A stretch of DNA of 64,000 nucleotides from Mytilus trossulus (GCF_036588685.1 NC_086383.1:10602001-10666000), one strand, 5' to 3'; counted from the first letter of the stretch, positions 10,845 through 25,157 are shown. Program-made: numbers and translations. Notes: generated by a model from the letters alone, not told the origin.

Positions 10845-13450
10845 GTTACAATTTTGAAGGCATTTCTTCAGGGTTTTCGTTAACATTAAGCATAGTTGAT
10901 CCATCAACTATATCTTCATTGGGTTAATGTTAAGATAGGGAACAGCCTGTTCATTGGGTTAATTCTGTAACTTGTATTTAAATCATCTAGAAAATTAACT
11001 TCCAAATTGAAAAAAAGTATTCAACTATTTGACCTTCACGCACACAACCTTCAATTCGTTAACATCGCATTGTTTTTGCTTGATGAATACAAGGTTGACT
11101 CTCTGCTTTATGTTATTAAAATTGTTCATTCTGAATTTTCTGTTACTATCGTCTAAGCCATTTTAGATTTAAAGTCGATATTACATATGCGCAACATCAC
11201 ACGTCACAGTGAAAGAAATTATAATACGAGCCATGGGATTAAAGTATATGAACTCCCTCGTATTGACCAATCAACATGTGGCATTTTTACATGAGGTATA
11301 CCAAGATGCATAGATAACCCCCATAGTTCAGTAATCATTTGGTTAACACGCACATCTGTAAAGTCCTATTTTGATATCGTCTGACCATTCGGTTTATTTT
11401 GTGTCTTTATATGTGCCAAAAGTCGCATGCTGTTTGTTGACTATTATTACATCGGTCGTGCTGTCACATCAAATTGTTTCCATCTTTTTCATTTCTTAGA
11501 AATATTCGTTTTATTCCCCTTTTTTTTCTTTTTAGTAACGTTTTGCTCGCTTTAAGTTAATAGTTTTGAAATAGCAATTTAAATTTCTAAAGAGCTTAGG
11601 CCTTATTCAATACTTTCTCCTTTTTTATATTTTTGTGAATGATTCCTTCATGAAACGTTAACAACATTCGGTGAAAATAAATCGTTTTCGTTTACTATTT
11701 TGCTGAAAAGGAATGGTCCGTTCTTTAGTATTACGTAATCTCTCTCTTTCAAGTTTTCGACATTTATTCTGATCTCCTTGCCTTTGTTCGCTTTGAAATT
11801 CTCTGATTTCACAAATGAATTATCCCGGAATTTCTACAATTATTTTGTATAGTCTGAATTGATTGATAAATGTTAACATTTCGCTAAACAAACTGATCTT
11901 TTTACATCCATAAATTTAACTGTATGTAGTGAATACTAAACGTTCCAGATTCTTTGGTGACAAGAACTGAATACTAAATTACATCTTAAATTTAAATTGT
12001 ATGAATTGTGTTAGAAAATAGATTATGGTTTTGGCAACTGGAATATTCTATGTTAGTCTTTTTCATTTAATGAAATTGCCTTAGATACTCATATGATAAT
12101 TAAATTTAAAGACCATTATGATAAAGTTAGAGCAGTGTCGAATGATTTCTTTTAAATGGACTGAGAATATATAGTAAAGGGGGAAATTACGGGAAGTCTC
12201 GAAAGATTTCCTTTAATTGATTAAGAAAATATCAAGGGAGCAAAGATTGAGAAAACCCGAATGATTGCCTTTAAATTGAACAACAAGATTCAAAAGGGTA
12301 CATTTAGAGAAGTAACCATTACTTCCATTTGAAATTAATGATAATATATCAAGGGGTCAAAGTTAGAGAAGTCCCGAACGATACATGTCGCATGGATTGA
12401 AAAGGTATCAAATTTTCAATAAAAATATTTTCAAGTAGTGGTGGATCCAAAGAGGGAAGTTTTCCGAGGTTAGACACCCCCTTTTTCGACAACTAATTAC
12501 ATTTCCCCCCAAAAATATCGTATTGGAACATACAGTTGAACTCCCTCTTCAAGTTTTAAAAAGAAAAAGGAAAACGCTATGACAAACATTTTATAAGATA
12601 CTACACATAGAAATAAATACTAAACAACAGTAATCTAACCGCTACGAAACCCCTTTGACTAGCGTCAATGGACACACAGTGTCAGTTTAAAAATAAATCT
12701 ATATGATCCAAACTGGAGTAAATTCATTTGTTCTACGAGACCAAACTACAGAAACAGATTTTTAAAAGCAAGGAAGATGTGTGTTTACATACGTCGACGA
12801 GAACGCAAGCCAACAACAAACAAATACCAAGATTATCAAGAGCAACAAGCTCAAAATTGTCACAAATTAAAAGAAAATGCATCTAGTATTTCAAATACAG
12901 CATAAGACACCTCCCGCCGAGTTGTTTTTGTCTTACTAAAGGCTTAACATTATGTTGGGAATTTATTCATTTTAAAATCTTTAAGAAATCTGCGCTGTAA
13001 TCCCTTTTATCTATATCTATATTAGCTAGATAATTAATAGTATGAAAGAACAAACCGATAGCAATGACTTATTCAAAAATAATGGTTTAGAAGATACAAG
13101 TAATATGAATGAAAACAAATAAGAAAATAACACCGCGTGACATAAAATACTTAATTTTCAGATACGAACTCATACTATCCTAATAGCATGATCTCTTTTT
13201 GACATATCAAAATAGACCGAAAACATCGGACTTGTATTGAAATGCAAGTGTATTCTTATTATAAAATGATTAGATTATTCTATAATTTTGATATTGTTTT
13301 TTGTCTGCTGACGGAATCCTGCGATGATATTGACAATTTTGCATAATAATTTGAAATGTACATCTGCCATTATTTAATTTTAAATCTGCACTAACAGTTG
13401 TGTTCGTTAAACAATACCCACGCTAAAGAGGACAAGACTCGGAGGTTATT
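10845..13450 (-). pseudogene. Fragmented coding remnant(s) D, interrupted by repeats (homologues ~28090-30600, 50510-53150)
   Basis: Minus-strand fragments VCYRFLFSFLILVSTMPLF*KLVLAICFH..DYLSYVNKRDNSADLFKI (U3), ENFKANKGKEIRINVENLKERDYVILKNGPFLFSKIV (11680-11810) and NEDIVDGSTMLNVNENPEEMPSKL* (10847-10920). Confidence 0.35.
12120..12420. repeat. Degenerate ~59-bp tandem repeat x5 (copies ~29290-29580, 51810-52100)
   Basis: Recurring AAAGTTAGAGAAGTCCCGAATGATT...AAATTGA...ATCAAGGG at ~12123, 12184, 12242, 12302, 12359. Confidence 0.8.
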
Positions 13451-13651
13451 TACATATAACTACAGACATTGTCTTAAATGACATATGCTTGTCTATAACT
13501 GCTTTTATCTACTTCATTACAAGTTTGATGGATAGTTGTCTTATTGGCAATCATACCTCATCTCCTTACTTTATTTTTTGGGGGGAAATTTAAAAACCTT
13601 CCTAAGTTCAACCCTTCCAATGAATATTGATTTTGTGTAGTTTCATTATAA

Positions 13652-14935
13652 TTTTTATACGACCGCAAACATTTTAATTTGTCGTCGTATATTGCTATCA
13701 CGTTGGCGTCTTCGTCTGCGTCGTCGTCGTCATCCGAATACTTTGAGTTTTCGCACTCTAACTTTAGTAAAAGTGAATAGAAATTTATGAAATTTTAACA
13801 CAAGGTTTATGACCACAAAAGGAAGGTTCGGATTGATTTTGGAAGTTTTGATTTCAACATTTTAGGAATAAGGGGCCACAAAGGGCCCAACAAAGCATTT
13901 TCTTGGTTTTTGCACAATAACTTAAGTTTAAGTAAATAGAAATCTATGAAATTTTGAATCAAGGTTTATAACCACAATAGGAAGGTTGGGATTGATTTTT
14001 TGGAGTTTTGGTTCTAACAGTTTAGGAATTAGGGGTTAAAAAAGGGCATAAAAAAGCATAGCCTTTGGTTTTTTTCTTTGTATAGAATAGTAGTTGAATC
14101 GACTTTAATCATTGTTTTATGCAATATACAATGTATCATCATTTTTAGTACCAACTGATGAATTAAAACAATCTTTACCATTCAGTGATAACAAGTTCTT
14201 TTTATTACATTTTAATATTGTATGATGTATTTAAATGAGCAGTTATATTATTGTCAAAGAGGGCCCAAATAAGCATTATTCTTGGTTTTTGCACAATAAC
14301 TTTAGTATATTAAGTGAATAGAAATCAATGAAATTTAAATACAAGGTTTATGACCATAAAAGGAAGGTCAAGATTGATTTTGGGAGTTTTGGTCCCAACA
14401 GTTTGGGAAAAAGGGGCCCAAAGGGTCCAAAACTAAAATTTGTTTGATTTCATAAAAAATTGAATAATTGGGTTTCTTTGATATGCCGAATCCAACTGTG
14501 TATGTAGATTCTTATTTTTTGGTCCCGTTTTCAAATTGGTCTACATTAAGGTCCAAAGGGTCCAAAATTAAACTTAGTTGGTTTTTAACAAAATTGAATC
14601 CTTGTGGTTCTTTGATATGCTGAATCTAAAAAGTGTACTTAGATTTTTGATTATTTGCCCAGTTTTCAAGTTGGTCCAGATAGGGGTCCAAAATTAAACT
14701 TTGTTTGATTTCATCAAAAATTGAATAATTGGGGTTCTTTGATATGCCAAATGTAAGTGTGTCAGTAAATTCTTAATATTTGGTCCCGTTTTCAAATTGG
14801 TCTTTATTAAGGTCCAAAGGGTCCAAAATTAAACTAAGTTTGATTTAAACAAAAATTGAATTCTTGGGCTTCTTTGATATGCTGTATCTAAACGTGTACT
14901 TAGTTTTTGATTATGGGCCCAGTTTTCAAGTTGGT
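13652..14935 (+). mobile_element. Truncated, rearranged Helentron-associated (HINE/DINE-1-like) element, U1 only
   Basis: Same 5' subTIR TTTATACGACCGCA, GTC microsatellite and 160-bp / ~130-bp internal repeats as 41806-43929; a 3' segment is displaced to ~14090-14250; no 3' subTIR. Confidence 0.8.
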
Positions 14936-17900
14936 AAAGATAGTACATTTATTTATAATAAACGGTTAATTTAAATATCCTGCTCTATTTTATACGTTTG
15001 ATTAAAGATTAAACAATTCTGTACGTTTGGTTAGAAATTAAACAATTCTGTACTGAGGTCTAAGCTTTGAAATTATACAGAGCATTGACAATGTCTTTGA
15101 TTATTCAACAAATGAAATTGGGTGAATCGGGTGAACTGAACTACTATCGAATCTTTAAAGTTATCTTTAAATCGGTGTATGATAACACATCTTCAGGCAA
15201 TAAACGACTTTTAAATATAGCAATATTATTTCATCTTATTAAGATATGTCAATCCATACCAGACAGTCAGATCGCATCGTAATAAGCTTGATTAGTTGGA
15301 GTAGAGTATAAAAGTATATTTTATTTATCCCAGTGCTAAAAGATTGATTTCCTGTTTTACACGAGACTTGCGTACTAAACATGGCAAATGGATATCGTTC
15401 GCATGCCAGTGTCTCTAATAATTAATAACAATCCTTAAACAAGCATGTCACTCAATTAACTCAAACACATTGTCTTTTTTTGAGAAATTCTGTTTTTTTA
15501 ATATACAATTGTATTTAATTTAAGAGTATAAAAAAAGCTTTCCTGTTTATGCTTCTCAGAACCAGGCTAGTTTCATTCGTATAGTAGGCAAATAGATGTA
15601 TCTCTGTTGAAAGTTTCATAGCAGTTCTTTCAATCATTAAATACAACATAAATTCTTGGATGAATGTATTTTATTTCTATTCAGAGTAAAAGACGTTTTG
15701 TTTTTTATGTTGATTTTTTTTGGTCATGTGAATCTTCACGTGTATACAGCTAAGATATAATTGTCTTTGCGATGTTTTGCTTTGACCATTTCTAATGAGA
15801 ATGGAGCCAGAAATGCGTTGCATACGTCTAATAACAAAAGTTGACCGTAGATTGATCACGATGAGAATTCGAAGTGCTTTTTCATACTATAGCTCGTCAA
15901 ATATTAGGGATATTTTACATTATTGACTTTCATATATCTGGTTTTAAGAGTACCTGATGCTTGAAAAGCCAGAATAGTGCTTTCCGGTGCATGACATTCA
16001 GTTGTACTTTAAATATTTATACCATCCTTGTCGCAAATAGACTATATGTAAGACTTATGTTGTGGTTTTATAATCACTTACCATGCAAAATACCATTGGG
16101 ACTTTGATCAATGCTTCTGTAATTATTCGTTTTCTATTTATAAATAATTGTTCAATGTCTGAGGCTATTTAATTATATTACTGTAAGCTATCTAGGTTTG
16201 TCAATTATATTATATTCATCAAAATGTCTATTGATACAGTATACAATTATCTTCATTTATTCTTATTATTTAATGACGTGATTGTGTAAGGTCATGCTCT
16301 AAAAAAGATGTTGTTATTTCAATTAAATGTAAAGAAACATTATAATCGTTATTTCAAATAATGCAATTAGTACGTACCGTCAAACACTTATATTCTCCTT
16401 CCCGCCAAATCTTATAGTATCCTTCATTTCTAAGATATCAATGAGTTTTATTAATCTAAATCATAAGATATAATAACGTTTTAACGTTTAAGTTAACTAT
16501 TGTCGCATAAACTCTTGTTTATGACAGAAAGAAAAAAAAACAGAAAAGCAAAATTTTAATCAAGGAATTTCTTATAGTCTGATGTTTGTTGCCGTCTCTC
16601 AAATTACGCAGCGTAGAGTTGTTTTTATATGTTGTAAATTCAGAAGTCATGGGTCCTTGAAGATTTACATTATCTGTCTTAAAAAAATTGGAAAATGATT
16701 CAAATTAATGTTATCAAACAGAATTAGGAATTCATTACGAGGCTGAAATAAATATTCTGTAAATTTGATTTGTACGCAATCAGTGTTATTATTGATGAAT
16801 TAAAACAAAAAGTAAGAAGCTCTTTGACAATTGATAAACTAAAAAAATAATTAGTTATAATAACTCAGTTAAGCAACCAATTTGTGGTTCCATCTTGTCG
16901 AAGAATTTTTAATATACTGCTTACAAATACAGCTTTATACATTATTCTATTCTATAATAGGTTCCTTAAGCCATTAATCTTCAAAAATACATACATAATA
17001 CGGATATTAAAATGCTAATTTAAGAAAAATAAAAAAAGTCAAATCCATACTGCCTTAACGTATATATAGATTAATGTTTTTTGCTGATTACTTCTTATTT
17101 TTATATAGCTAAAATAAATGCATTACTAAATAAAAGTTTTGTATTAAATCATACGTACTTTTGTGTTTGCTGGTAAATATTTGTCTTCCCTGTTGTAAGT
17201 TTATCAATGTGGATTTAGAAAATAAAAATGTTGCAAAATTATTTTTTTCTTATCTACTGACGAATTGTGAGAGTTGTCTTGGTATCGTTGATAATTAATT
17301 TCGAATGGTAAATAAAATGGTCCAAATCAAAATATCAACTCACATAGCAACATCATACGTAAAAGCAGACTGGCAAAAACATCATTTAAAAGACGTTGAT
17401 TTGAACAATTAGTGAACGACTGCGAAGGTTCTGATTTAGTTCAGACACTTTACAAATGAAATAGAAGGATACAGCGAGATTTGGCGTTGACCAAATTGTA
17501 AGTGTCTATTAAAATCGATTGTGAGATATTTCCGATAAAGGTTTTGTGCTTTTAAGGATTTGAAATATCCTACATTCGTTTGACATTAAGTTTTCTGTTA
17601 ACAGTTTATTCGTTTTTTAAGTCCCTAGAACATTTTTTTGTCTCTCAGGAAATCTTTCTCATTAATGGATATTACATTGAATTTTCTTTTAATCCGTCTA
17701 TCGTGACATTTGCTTTAGTTTAAAACTATTCCAATTGCTTACAGATATAAGTCATTTTTTCTATTTATCGCATTGTGTATAATTATCAATAACAGCAATT
17801 ATACATAAGGCGATAAAGAGAAAGATAAAACAGAAAATTAAAAATAAAAACAAAAATTTCTGATAAAGATAAATATATATCATGTTTGATTTATACTAAA

Positions 17901-20900
17901 AGGAATCTTTATTTTTTTGTTATTCTTGAATATCAAAATATTTTAACGACATCAAATATTTATGTGTCGCCAATGCACATGACTAATGAGATGATTATGG
18001 TACATTTACTACGTCTATGGCAGCAAATATCAATGAAGTCTTCATTTAACGGCAAACATGGTTATTTTGGTTTTTCAATTTCAGATTCGTGTTTTAAAAT
18101 TTGATTTTCCTTCCAGTAAATGAAATTTACATTTTAATGGGTCCTTTGAGTAAAACATAAGTTTACGATATGTTTTGTTAACTTCTTACGTGATTATTAT
18201 CATAGGAAGCTCAATTGTGAACATTAACTTTTCAAACCAAAACTGAGGGACTTAGTTGTAAAAATGTTATTAAAATCCTGTTTATGATACCTTTACAGAC
18301 TTAACAAGAGTTTAATGAAGGGAGTGGAGATGATAAAGTTACGCATGAATTATAATCATCTGAACTTTTAATCTTAGAATCTTAATCAGTTCTAGGAGCC
18401 CCCCGTGAACACTGAAACATCTTTGCTTTACAAAATAAATAGATGTGGTATGCTTTCAAATAAAATATGTTTCTCACCAGCGAACGCAGAGCATCACATT
18501 TATAAATAACTCCTTTATAAAAATAACGTAAAAGCAAAACAACATGGTGTGCTTTTTCATTGATCCGTTTCTGTCTCATTGATGTGTTGCTGTCACATGG
18601 ACGTGTTGAGAAGATTTTGAAGACTATTTTTATAAATGGATTATTATACAACATATCTGTAAAATACTCGTTCCTAAAATTTACAAAAAAAATATTTGAT
18701 TTAAAGTGCACTTATTTTTATCATTCAGTGTATTGTTGATGACGTGGTTTGAAATTGAAATGAAGCATGCATTTAATTGTTGAAAATTTCAATTGCCCAT
18801 TCTTGTGAAACATTTAAAATCCGAGTAAGTTTAGTTATACAACTTGATACATGTTTCCGCTGAATACAACAATAAAGCAATAAGCTTTGACAGAAACATG
18901 CATGTCACAGTGCGTGTTTAATAAAACCAAAGGATTGGGCTAAATAGAGAATATTAAATAGCAATTGTTTATTAAGACTAAAACTAAGTCTCATAGATAG
19001 TGTTTTCATTGGGCTTACAATATTAACTACATTGTGCTTTTATAGTGGTGCATGCTATTATATATAAAATTTGATAAAAATCATTTAAAAATAAACGCAA
19101 GACATTTACTCAACCTCAAATACATATACGTAAAATAGTTTCAAACTTTAAAGTATAGTTTTACTTTAGTAAAACTTATGTCATTTAAAATACGCAAGTT
19201 CTGAAATATGGTAGTTCGTTATATATATCATGTGACACCCATCCCCACCTGGTCAAAATGGAGTCACACATGTTGTGTAAATGACTAAAATAAAGTTGAT
19301 GGTATTCTGCACCAGCAACTATTCTAGAAATTTAGAAAAAAATAAATTGTTTTTCATCTACCTTCATCTTATCCGAAACATACATAATTCTAGACTATCT
19401 GCAGAATGCGACACTGTAGTTGCTAACTTAAGCTTGCCAATTTGGTAGTACAGGGATAAAGGCGAGCCATCTGTCTTGAAATATCGACATAAGGGCGCTC
19501 TAGTTGATGATATTGTGTTCGAAAAAAAATACATTATTCGATAAGTCGAGACTGGGTTTACTGTCATATTTCATTAACAATTTTTGACAAACTAATCATG
19601 TAATTCTCAATAAATGGCAAATCTGTTTATATCTTTTATCAATATAATAAAATAGTCATAAAATGTATATCCATGCAGTGCTTTGTTTAATAGTTGACAT
19701 TTCTATTTTGAATATGTGTAGGTTGAAACATTTTGTTGCAAGCCTTGAGAAATTATCAACCTTTTTCAAATTAAAAATAAAACGCAAATAGCCTTTATGG
19801 GCATATACATTCTAAAAGTTTATGAGTGTAATACACATTTTACTATTTTGCTTGAATTGATAATTGATAGAACAGGCAATTTCATACATGTACAAGGCTA
19901 TTGAAACATTTTGATGGGAAAAAGTACTGAATGATACATGTAACATGGCTTAACAATTGCTGAGTTCGTAAAGGCAATTTATAAATACATATATATCCGT
20001 AATCAGAGTCAAATACAACTACGTAATGCTATGTTAAAACTGTATGTAGTTCGCGCTTTATGTGTTTCTGTCTGTTTGACTCAACTTGAAATTAATTTTA
20101 TCTCTTAACTCCCGTATTAGTTGATGATTTAAATCAGAGGAGCTGTTGTCACAAATTAGAACAAAAGGGTATGCAATTGCTAGTTTTAGTAACTCATGAT
20201 TTTTATTCTAGGTATAATAATGACATGTAACACAATGCTTAAAAGGAAATTATTTGCATTTACATACAATGTGTATTGTGTTTCTATGTTTTATAGTTGT
20301 GATTTCTATTTTAAGCCTGTGTAAGTTTAAAAAATTTCTATTTTGCTTTGAGAAATAATTGACTTTTCAAAATTGAAAATAAAACACAAAAATCCTTCCA
20401 GGGCATATACATTCTAAAATATATAAATGAAATTCACACATAATTAGTTTGCCTGATAAATAATTAATCAAACAGGATATATCATTTATGTACAAGACTA
20501 TTGAAACCATTGTTTCATTATCTCAGGGGTAAAAGTAGTAAAATTATACATGTAACAAGTTTCATCAATTACAGAGTCGTTAAAGTTACATGACAAACAC
20601 GTGTTTATCTCGTGTAAGTTTCATTATCATGTGAGAGGAAAGTCTATAAACCAGTCACATGTTTTGAGTCAAATTGTTTTCTTACGACAGCTGTATGGAT
20701 AAAATGTTCTCTATTGATTACGTGTAATCATATGAAACGATAAAATATAACCCATTTTTATAATAACAAACACAGGGAACTTGCAACTTTAATTTAGTCA
20801 ACAATATTGAGCAATTCATCTATAATTAGATTATTTACATTGTATCAGAGTTAAACATTGTTTAAGTGCTCTCATGTTAACAAAGTATTGTTGTCTGATC

Positions 20901-21008
20901 TACATTTTCTTGTATCCAGAAACAAAAAACGAGTAATATTCACACAAGAGCAAGCAAGTCCGAACACAGCAAATAAATAGTATTATAGTTGCACACGTTT
21001 CAATGAAA

Positions 21009-21190
21009 GGCATAGATTACTTTAGCCGTATTTGGCATAACTTATTGAAATTTTGAATCCGCAATGCTGTTCAGTTTTGTACTTGTTTGGCCTTATGAAT
21101 ATGTTGATATGAGCATCACTAATGAGTCTTATAAAGACGAAACGCGTGTCAAGTGTACTAAATTATAATCCTGGTACCTTTGATAATTAT
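21009..21190 (+). mobile_element. Retrozyme-type repeat fragment with a mutated type I hammerhead, U2 only
   Basis: GAGCATCA-CTAATGA-GTC-TTATAAA-GAC-GAAA-CGCGT-GTC (21111-21150), core CUGA changed to CUAA; empty site in U1 ~5625 and U3 ~40835. Confidence 0.75.
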
Positions 21191-21510
21191 TGATACATTT
21201 TGTATCATGCACATGATACATCCAATCCTGTCAACTATATTGGTATCGTTAAGTTGGTGTTTCTTGGACTTGGTCTCATTAACGTGTTGCTATCCCGTTG
21301 ATGTACGTACGAAGTACAGGTTTTTAGAAGTGTACAGAATATTCGTTTAATCTTAATAGCGGTTTCTCAACATCTTAAGAACGAACGAAACTCTAAGAAC
21401 GTATCGTTATGGAGCAGTAATTTTGTAATAATACAATCCATAATAAATGTCTTTCGATAATGCAGTGTTTTTAAAAAACAACAGTAAACAACTTAATATT
21501 CTTTTTTTGC

Positions 21511-21885
21511 AAAAAGTAAAAACACAAAAGTACCGAACTCCAAGGAAAATTCAAAAAGGAAAATCAAAAATCAAAAGGCAAAATCAAAAGTCCAAACACA
21601 TCAAACGAATGGATAACAACTGTCATATCCCTGACTTGGAACAGGCATTTTCTAATGTAGAAAATGGTGGATTGAACCTGGTTTTATAACTAGCTAAACC
21701 TCTCACTTGTATGACAGTAGCATGAAATTCCATTACATTGTCAACGATGTATGAACAAAACAAACATACTCAAAGAGTAAAAATGTCAAAAATAGGGGTA
21801 CAGCAGTCAATATTGTGTTATCATCTTAATATCACAATAAAACAACAAATGTAACGAAGAATCACAAAAAGGCATACATCAAATT
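21511..21885 (-). mobile_element. Unclassified interspersed repeat nested in the TIR element
   Basis: Shares core CCTGACTTGG.ACAGG...GGTGG.TTGAACCTGGTTTT with 22750-23205; its first 110 bp recur at 61776-61882. Confidence 0.6.
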
Positions 21886-22749
21886 GCAACCTTGGATTTT
21901 ATTGTTATCATTAAACATCCGTGTTCCAATTTATTTTCTGTTGTTGACTGTTTCGTTTTCTTACGTTGAGTTCCGTTTGTTGACATGTCGTATATATGCG
22001 TTCGATTTATCTCCCTTATCTATTAAAAAAAGAACATTTTTTTTTATAATGTCCTTAGTTAAAAAAATCCACACATCTAGTTTGCAATTGGTTGATTGAT
22101 GTTTGGTTTTTACCGTTCATTGGCAAATATTCTATTCATTTCATTGCGAAATTAGCGTTTGATAAAGGATTGATAAGTGATTGAGATAACACAATTTTTA
22201 TATATTTCATATATCCACACGTTCCTGCTATGTGTCCAATTGTTTTGAGTTACTATGAGTTTAATTTTTTCGTGTCGGAGAGTATCTTGGATAGATACGT
22301 CGTAACATAGCTTTTTTATTTCTAATATTTATTGGGAATCAGTTTAAGAAATTTAAAGGTGCACTCTATCTATCGTTAGAAATATAGTTTTGTGTGTTTT
22401 TGTTGAAAGTATCAGTGCTACAGCTCTAACAAAACTGGTAGTCACATAGTTATCAAAATATATATTTTTATTTATTACACCCTAACAAAAAAGTAAAATG
22501 AGAAATATGAAAAACAGAGGAAATTTGCACAGTATGCCATAGAAGCTTTACGGAAACAATAAAAAAGAAAAAAAATATTATGTATATACTTATAATTATA
22601 CTATAAAGGAAACATACACAAATATAATGAGAAAGGCCATGATAACAAAAGAAAACCCACAATATATAAGTTTAAATATGTATTTCACATTGTTTCAGTA
22701 TTTTCCTTTATTTTTCTGGTTACGTCTACCAATTTATATCAATATATCA

Positions 22750-23205
22750 ATAAGAAATAAAGGCAACAGTAGTATACCAATGTTCAAAACTCATAAATCC
22801 ATGGACAAAAAACAAAATCGGGGTAACAAACTAAAACCGAGGGAAACGCATTAAATATAAGAGGAGAACAACGACATAATACATAAACGTAACACACACA
22901 GAAACGGACCAAGCATCAGACAAAACACCACGAGAATAACAAATATAACATGAAAACCAAATACATGACTTTGGGATAGACAAGTACCGTGCCACGTCTT
23001 ATCTCAATATCTCAAAAATAAGAGAAAACACAAACGACTCAACGTTAAAATGCAACACACACATAAACGAACAATAATATAACAATGGCCATCTTCCTGA
23101 CTTGGTACAGGACACTTTTAAAGGGGAATACAAGTGGTGGGTTGAACCTGGTTTTGTGGCATGCCAAACCTCGCACTTTAATGGCAAAAGTAAATATAAC
23201 ATTGA
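22750..23205 (-). mobile_element. Unclassified interspersed repeat nested in the TIR element
   Basis: Core CCTGACTTGGTACAGG...GGTGGGTTGAACCTGG related to 21511-21885, 33795-34126, 46640-47205 and 60441-61004. Confidence 0.55.
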
Positions 23206-24029
23206 GATCCTATGGATTATAGTGGTTTAGGCAAAGAAGTTATCCCGGAACATATTGGGATGTTTTCTTTTCAAATTTAAATCGAAAGGCGTTCATTTCT
23301 AGATTTATTTTACCTCATGTCTACTAAAGAAATGTTATCGTTAATCAATTTCTATCTAAGATTCAAAAAGATTCTTATCCCTTTCCATCCACAGATCAAT
23401 ATTTACCTTTTTCTTATATACTAAATAGTGATGTTGTCATCATGTTTATTAAAATTTCTAGTACGATTACTGTCCTTTGATTAAATATTATATATTCTTC
23501 GCTTAAATTTATAGATCAGTAAGACTTTCAACTGTGTTGATTGAACAATAAATTGTAAATTATATATTATATAATATCAAATAAATATAATATATATTTG
23601 ATTCAAAATGTTTTTAAAAAATCAAGCATGCATATTTTACATATTTTACATAAAATACATTTCAATGGGAAGAAGAGCACAGCCGATAATCCAATATTTT
23701 AAGATAAATTACCGCTCCCTCTTTTCTCGTTACGGCAAGTTACGTCAAGTTAAGACGATTTTCGTTCGTTCGTAAGATGTTGAGAAACCTCAAATAGCAT
23801 GTTTTTTTTTAAATGTTTTATAGTATGTATGATGGCTTGGTTAATAATTAAACTTACGCATGAAGTAGAGTATTGAAAACTGAATTGCCCATTCCATTTA
23901 AGCATTTTAAATCTATGTAGGGTTTTTCATACAAATTGATACATAATTTAGTTGAGGTTGTAATAAATTCTACTTTGATAGAAACATACACGAAATTGTA
24001 CGTGCTCAATAAAACCGTACGATAGATAT

Positions 24030-25140
24030 GAATGGCAATTATTGAGAAAAATATACCAGTTTTTGTATACGACTGAAAATCGTAAATATAGTGTTAAGTG
24101 TGCTTTAAATATCAACTTACATTGGTTCAACGGTGGGACATGCATTTGAAAATTGAACTTGAAGAAACATGTTTTTAAACTAAACAGGACACGTATTCAA
24201 TCTTCGATATGTGCAACAGTTGCACATTTTTTTCATTTTTTGTTTACTTCCATATGTCATTCAAAAAAGACAGTTTCGGCATCGTGAATCATTTCTTAAC
24301 TACCATGTAGAATCACGATCCTGTTAATCTTATTTATAGCTTAAAAAGTGCACGGGTACAGGTGAATCTTTTATCTGGCGTCAGAAGGGCGTGCGTAATT
24401 GATTACATTATTCCGAAAAGTCGAGACTTTGACTATTGTTGTGTTTCATTAACAATTTTAAATACAATCCTTCAATTCTCAGTTAATGACTATTTTTTTT
24501 TTTTTCATCTTTTATCCATATAACAAAGAAGTCACGAAATATAAATGCATGCATTGCTATATTTTATAGTTGTCATTTCTATTTTGAAAATGTGTAGGTT
24601 TAGACTTTTATCACGTGCATGGAAAGATGATTATCTTTTTTTTCAATTTGAAAATAAAACGCTAGAAACCTTCCAATGCATACCAACTCTAATTATATCT
24701 AAATGTAATACAGACATAATTATTTTGCCTAACTGAATAATTAATAATACAGGTAATATCATTCATGTACAAGGCTATTGAAACCACTAATTCATTATCT
24801 CGTTGGGAAAAGTAGAAAAAAAATACATGTTACATGGTACATTAATTGCAGAGTCCGTATAGTTGTCGTTTCTATTTTAATCTGTGTAGGTTTAGATATT
24901 GTATTATGTGCTTGGAGAAATTATTAACCTTTTCCAAATTGCAAATAAAACACAACAAATCTTCCAAGGCATATCAATTCTAAAATATATTAATGAAATA
25001 TGCACATAATTGTTATGCCTTCGTATGATATTTAATACAACAGGTAATATCATTCAGGTACACGGCTATTGAAACCATTGTTTCATTATCTAGGGGGAGT
25101 AGTTAAATAAGACATGTAACATATTTAATCAATTACAGAC
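24030..25140 (-). pseudogene. Fossil membrane protein gene remnant C, paralogue of B (homologues ~5960-7750 and ~40980-44200, both split by TEs)
   Basis: Same ~300-bp block as B, here duplicated. Followed by EDAPVPMRFLSY (U3 copy) and HVPPLNQCKLIFKAHLTLYL..VYKNWYIFLN, parallel to B's NHWYFLLN. B and C share the downstream flank AATTGCCCA(T/G)T (3497, 5892, 23883). Confidence 0.45.
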
Positions 25141-25157
25141 TCCTCAAAGTCACATGA

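Larger units (their letters stand above)
1..15055. repeat. Tandem segmental duplication unit U1 (starts before the window; lacks the distal segment found in U2/U3)
   Basis: Colinear anchors recur: CATCATACGTCAATGCAGACTGG ~1898/17351/37238/57938; CAAGTAAAACCGTGACTGAAAG ~8582/26069/45174; GCTGAAAAGGAATGGTCCGTTC ~11702/28917/51417. Confidence 0.95.
21361..23789. mobile_element. Non-autonomous TIR DNA transposon (~2.4 kb) with nested repeats, U2 only
   Basis: 30-bp TIR GGTTTCTCAACATCTTAAGAACGAACGAAA / TTTCGTTCGTTCGTAAGATGTTGAGAAACC with 1 mismatch; AATAGC near both ends; empty site in U1 ~5805. Confidence 0.8.

Noticed and set aside
10847-10920. C-terminal SKL peroxisomal signal
   Set aside because: It lies in a broken frame (internal stop in U2, stop lost in U3) and cannot support a functional claim.
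1750-13450. Mitochondrial insertion (NUMT) explaining hydrophobic frames with TGA
   Set aside because: TAA and TAG stops are as frequent as TGA, and no mitochondrial protein or rRNA motifs were recognised.
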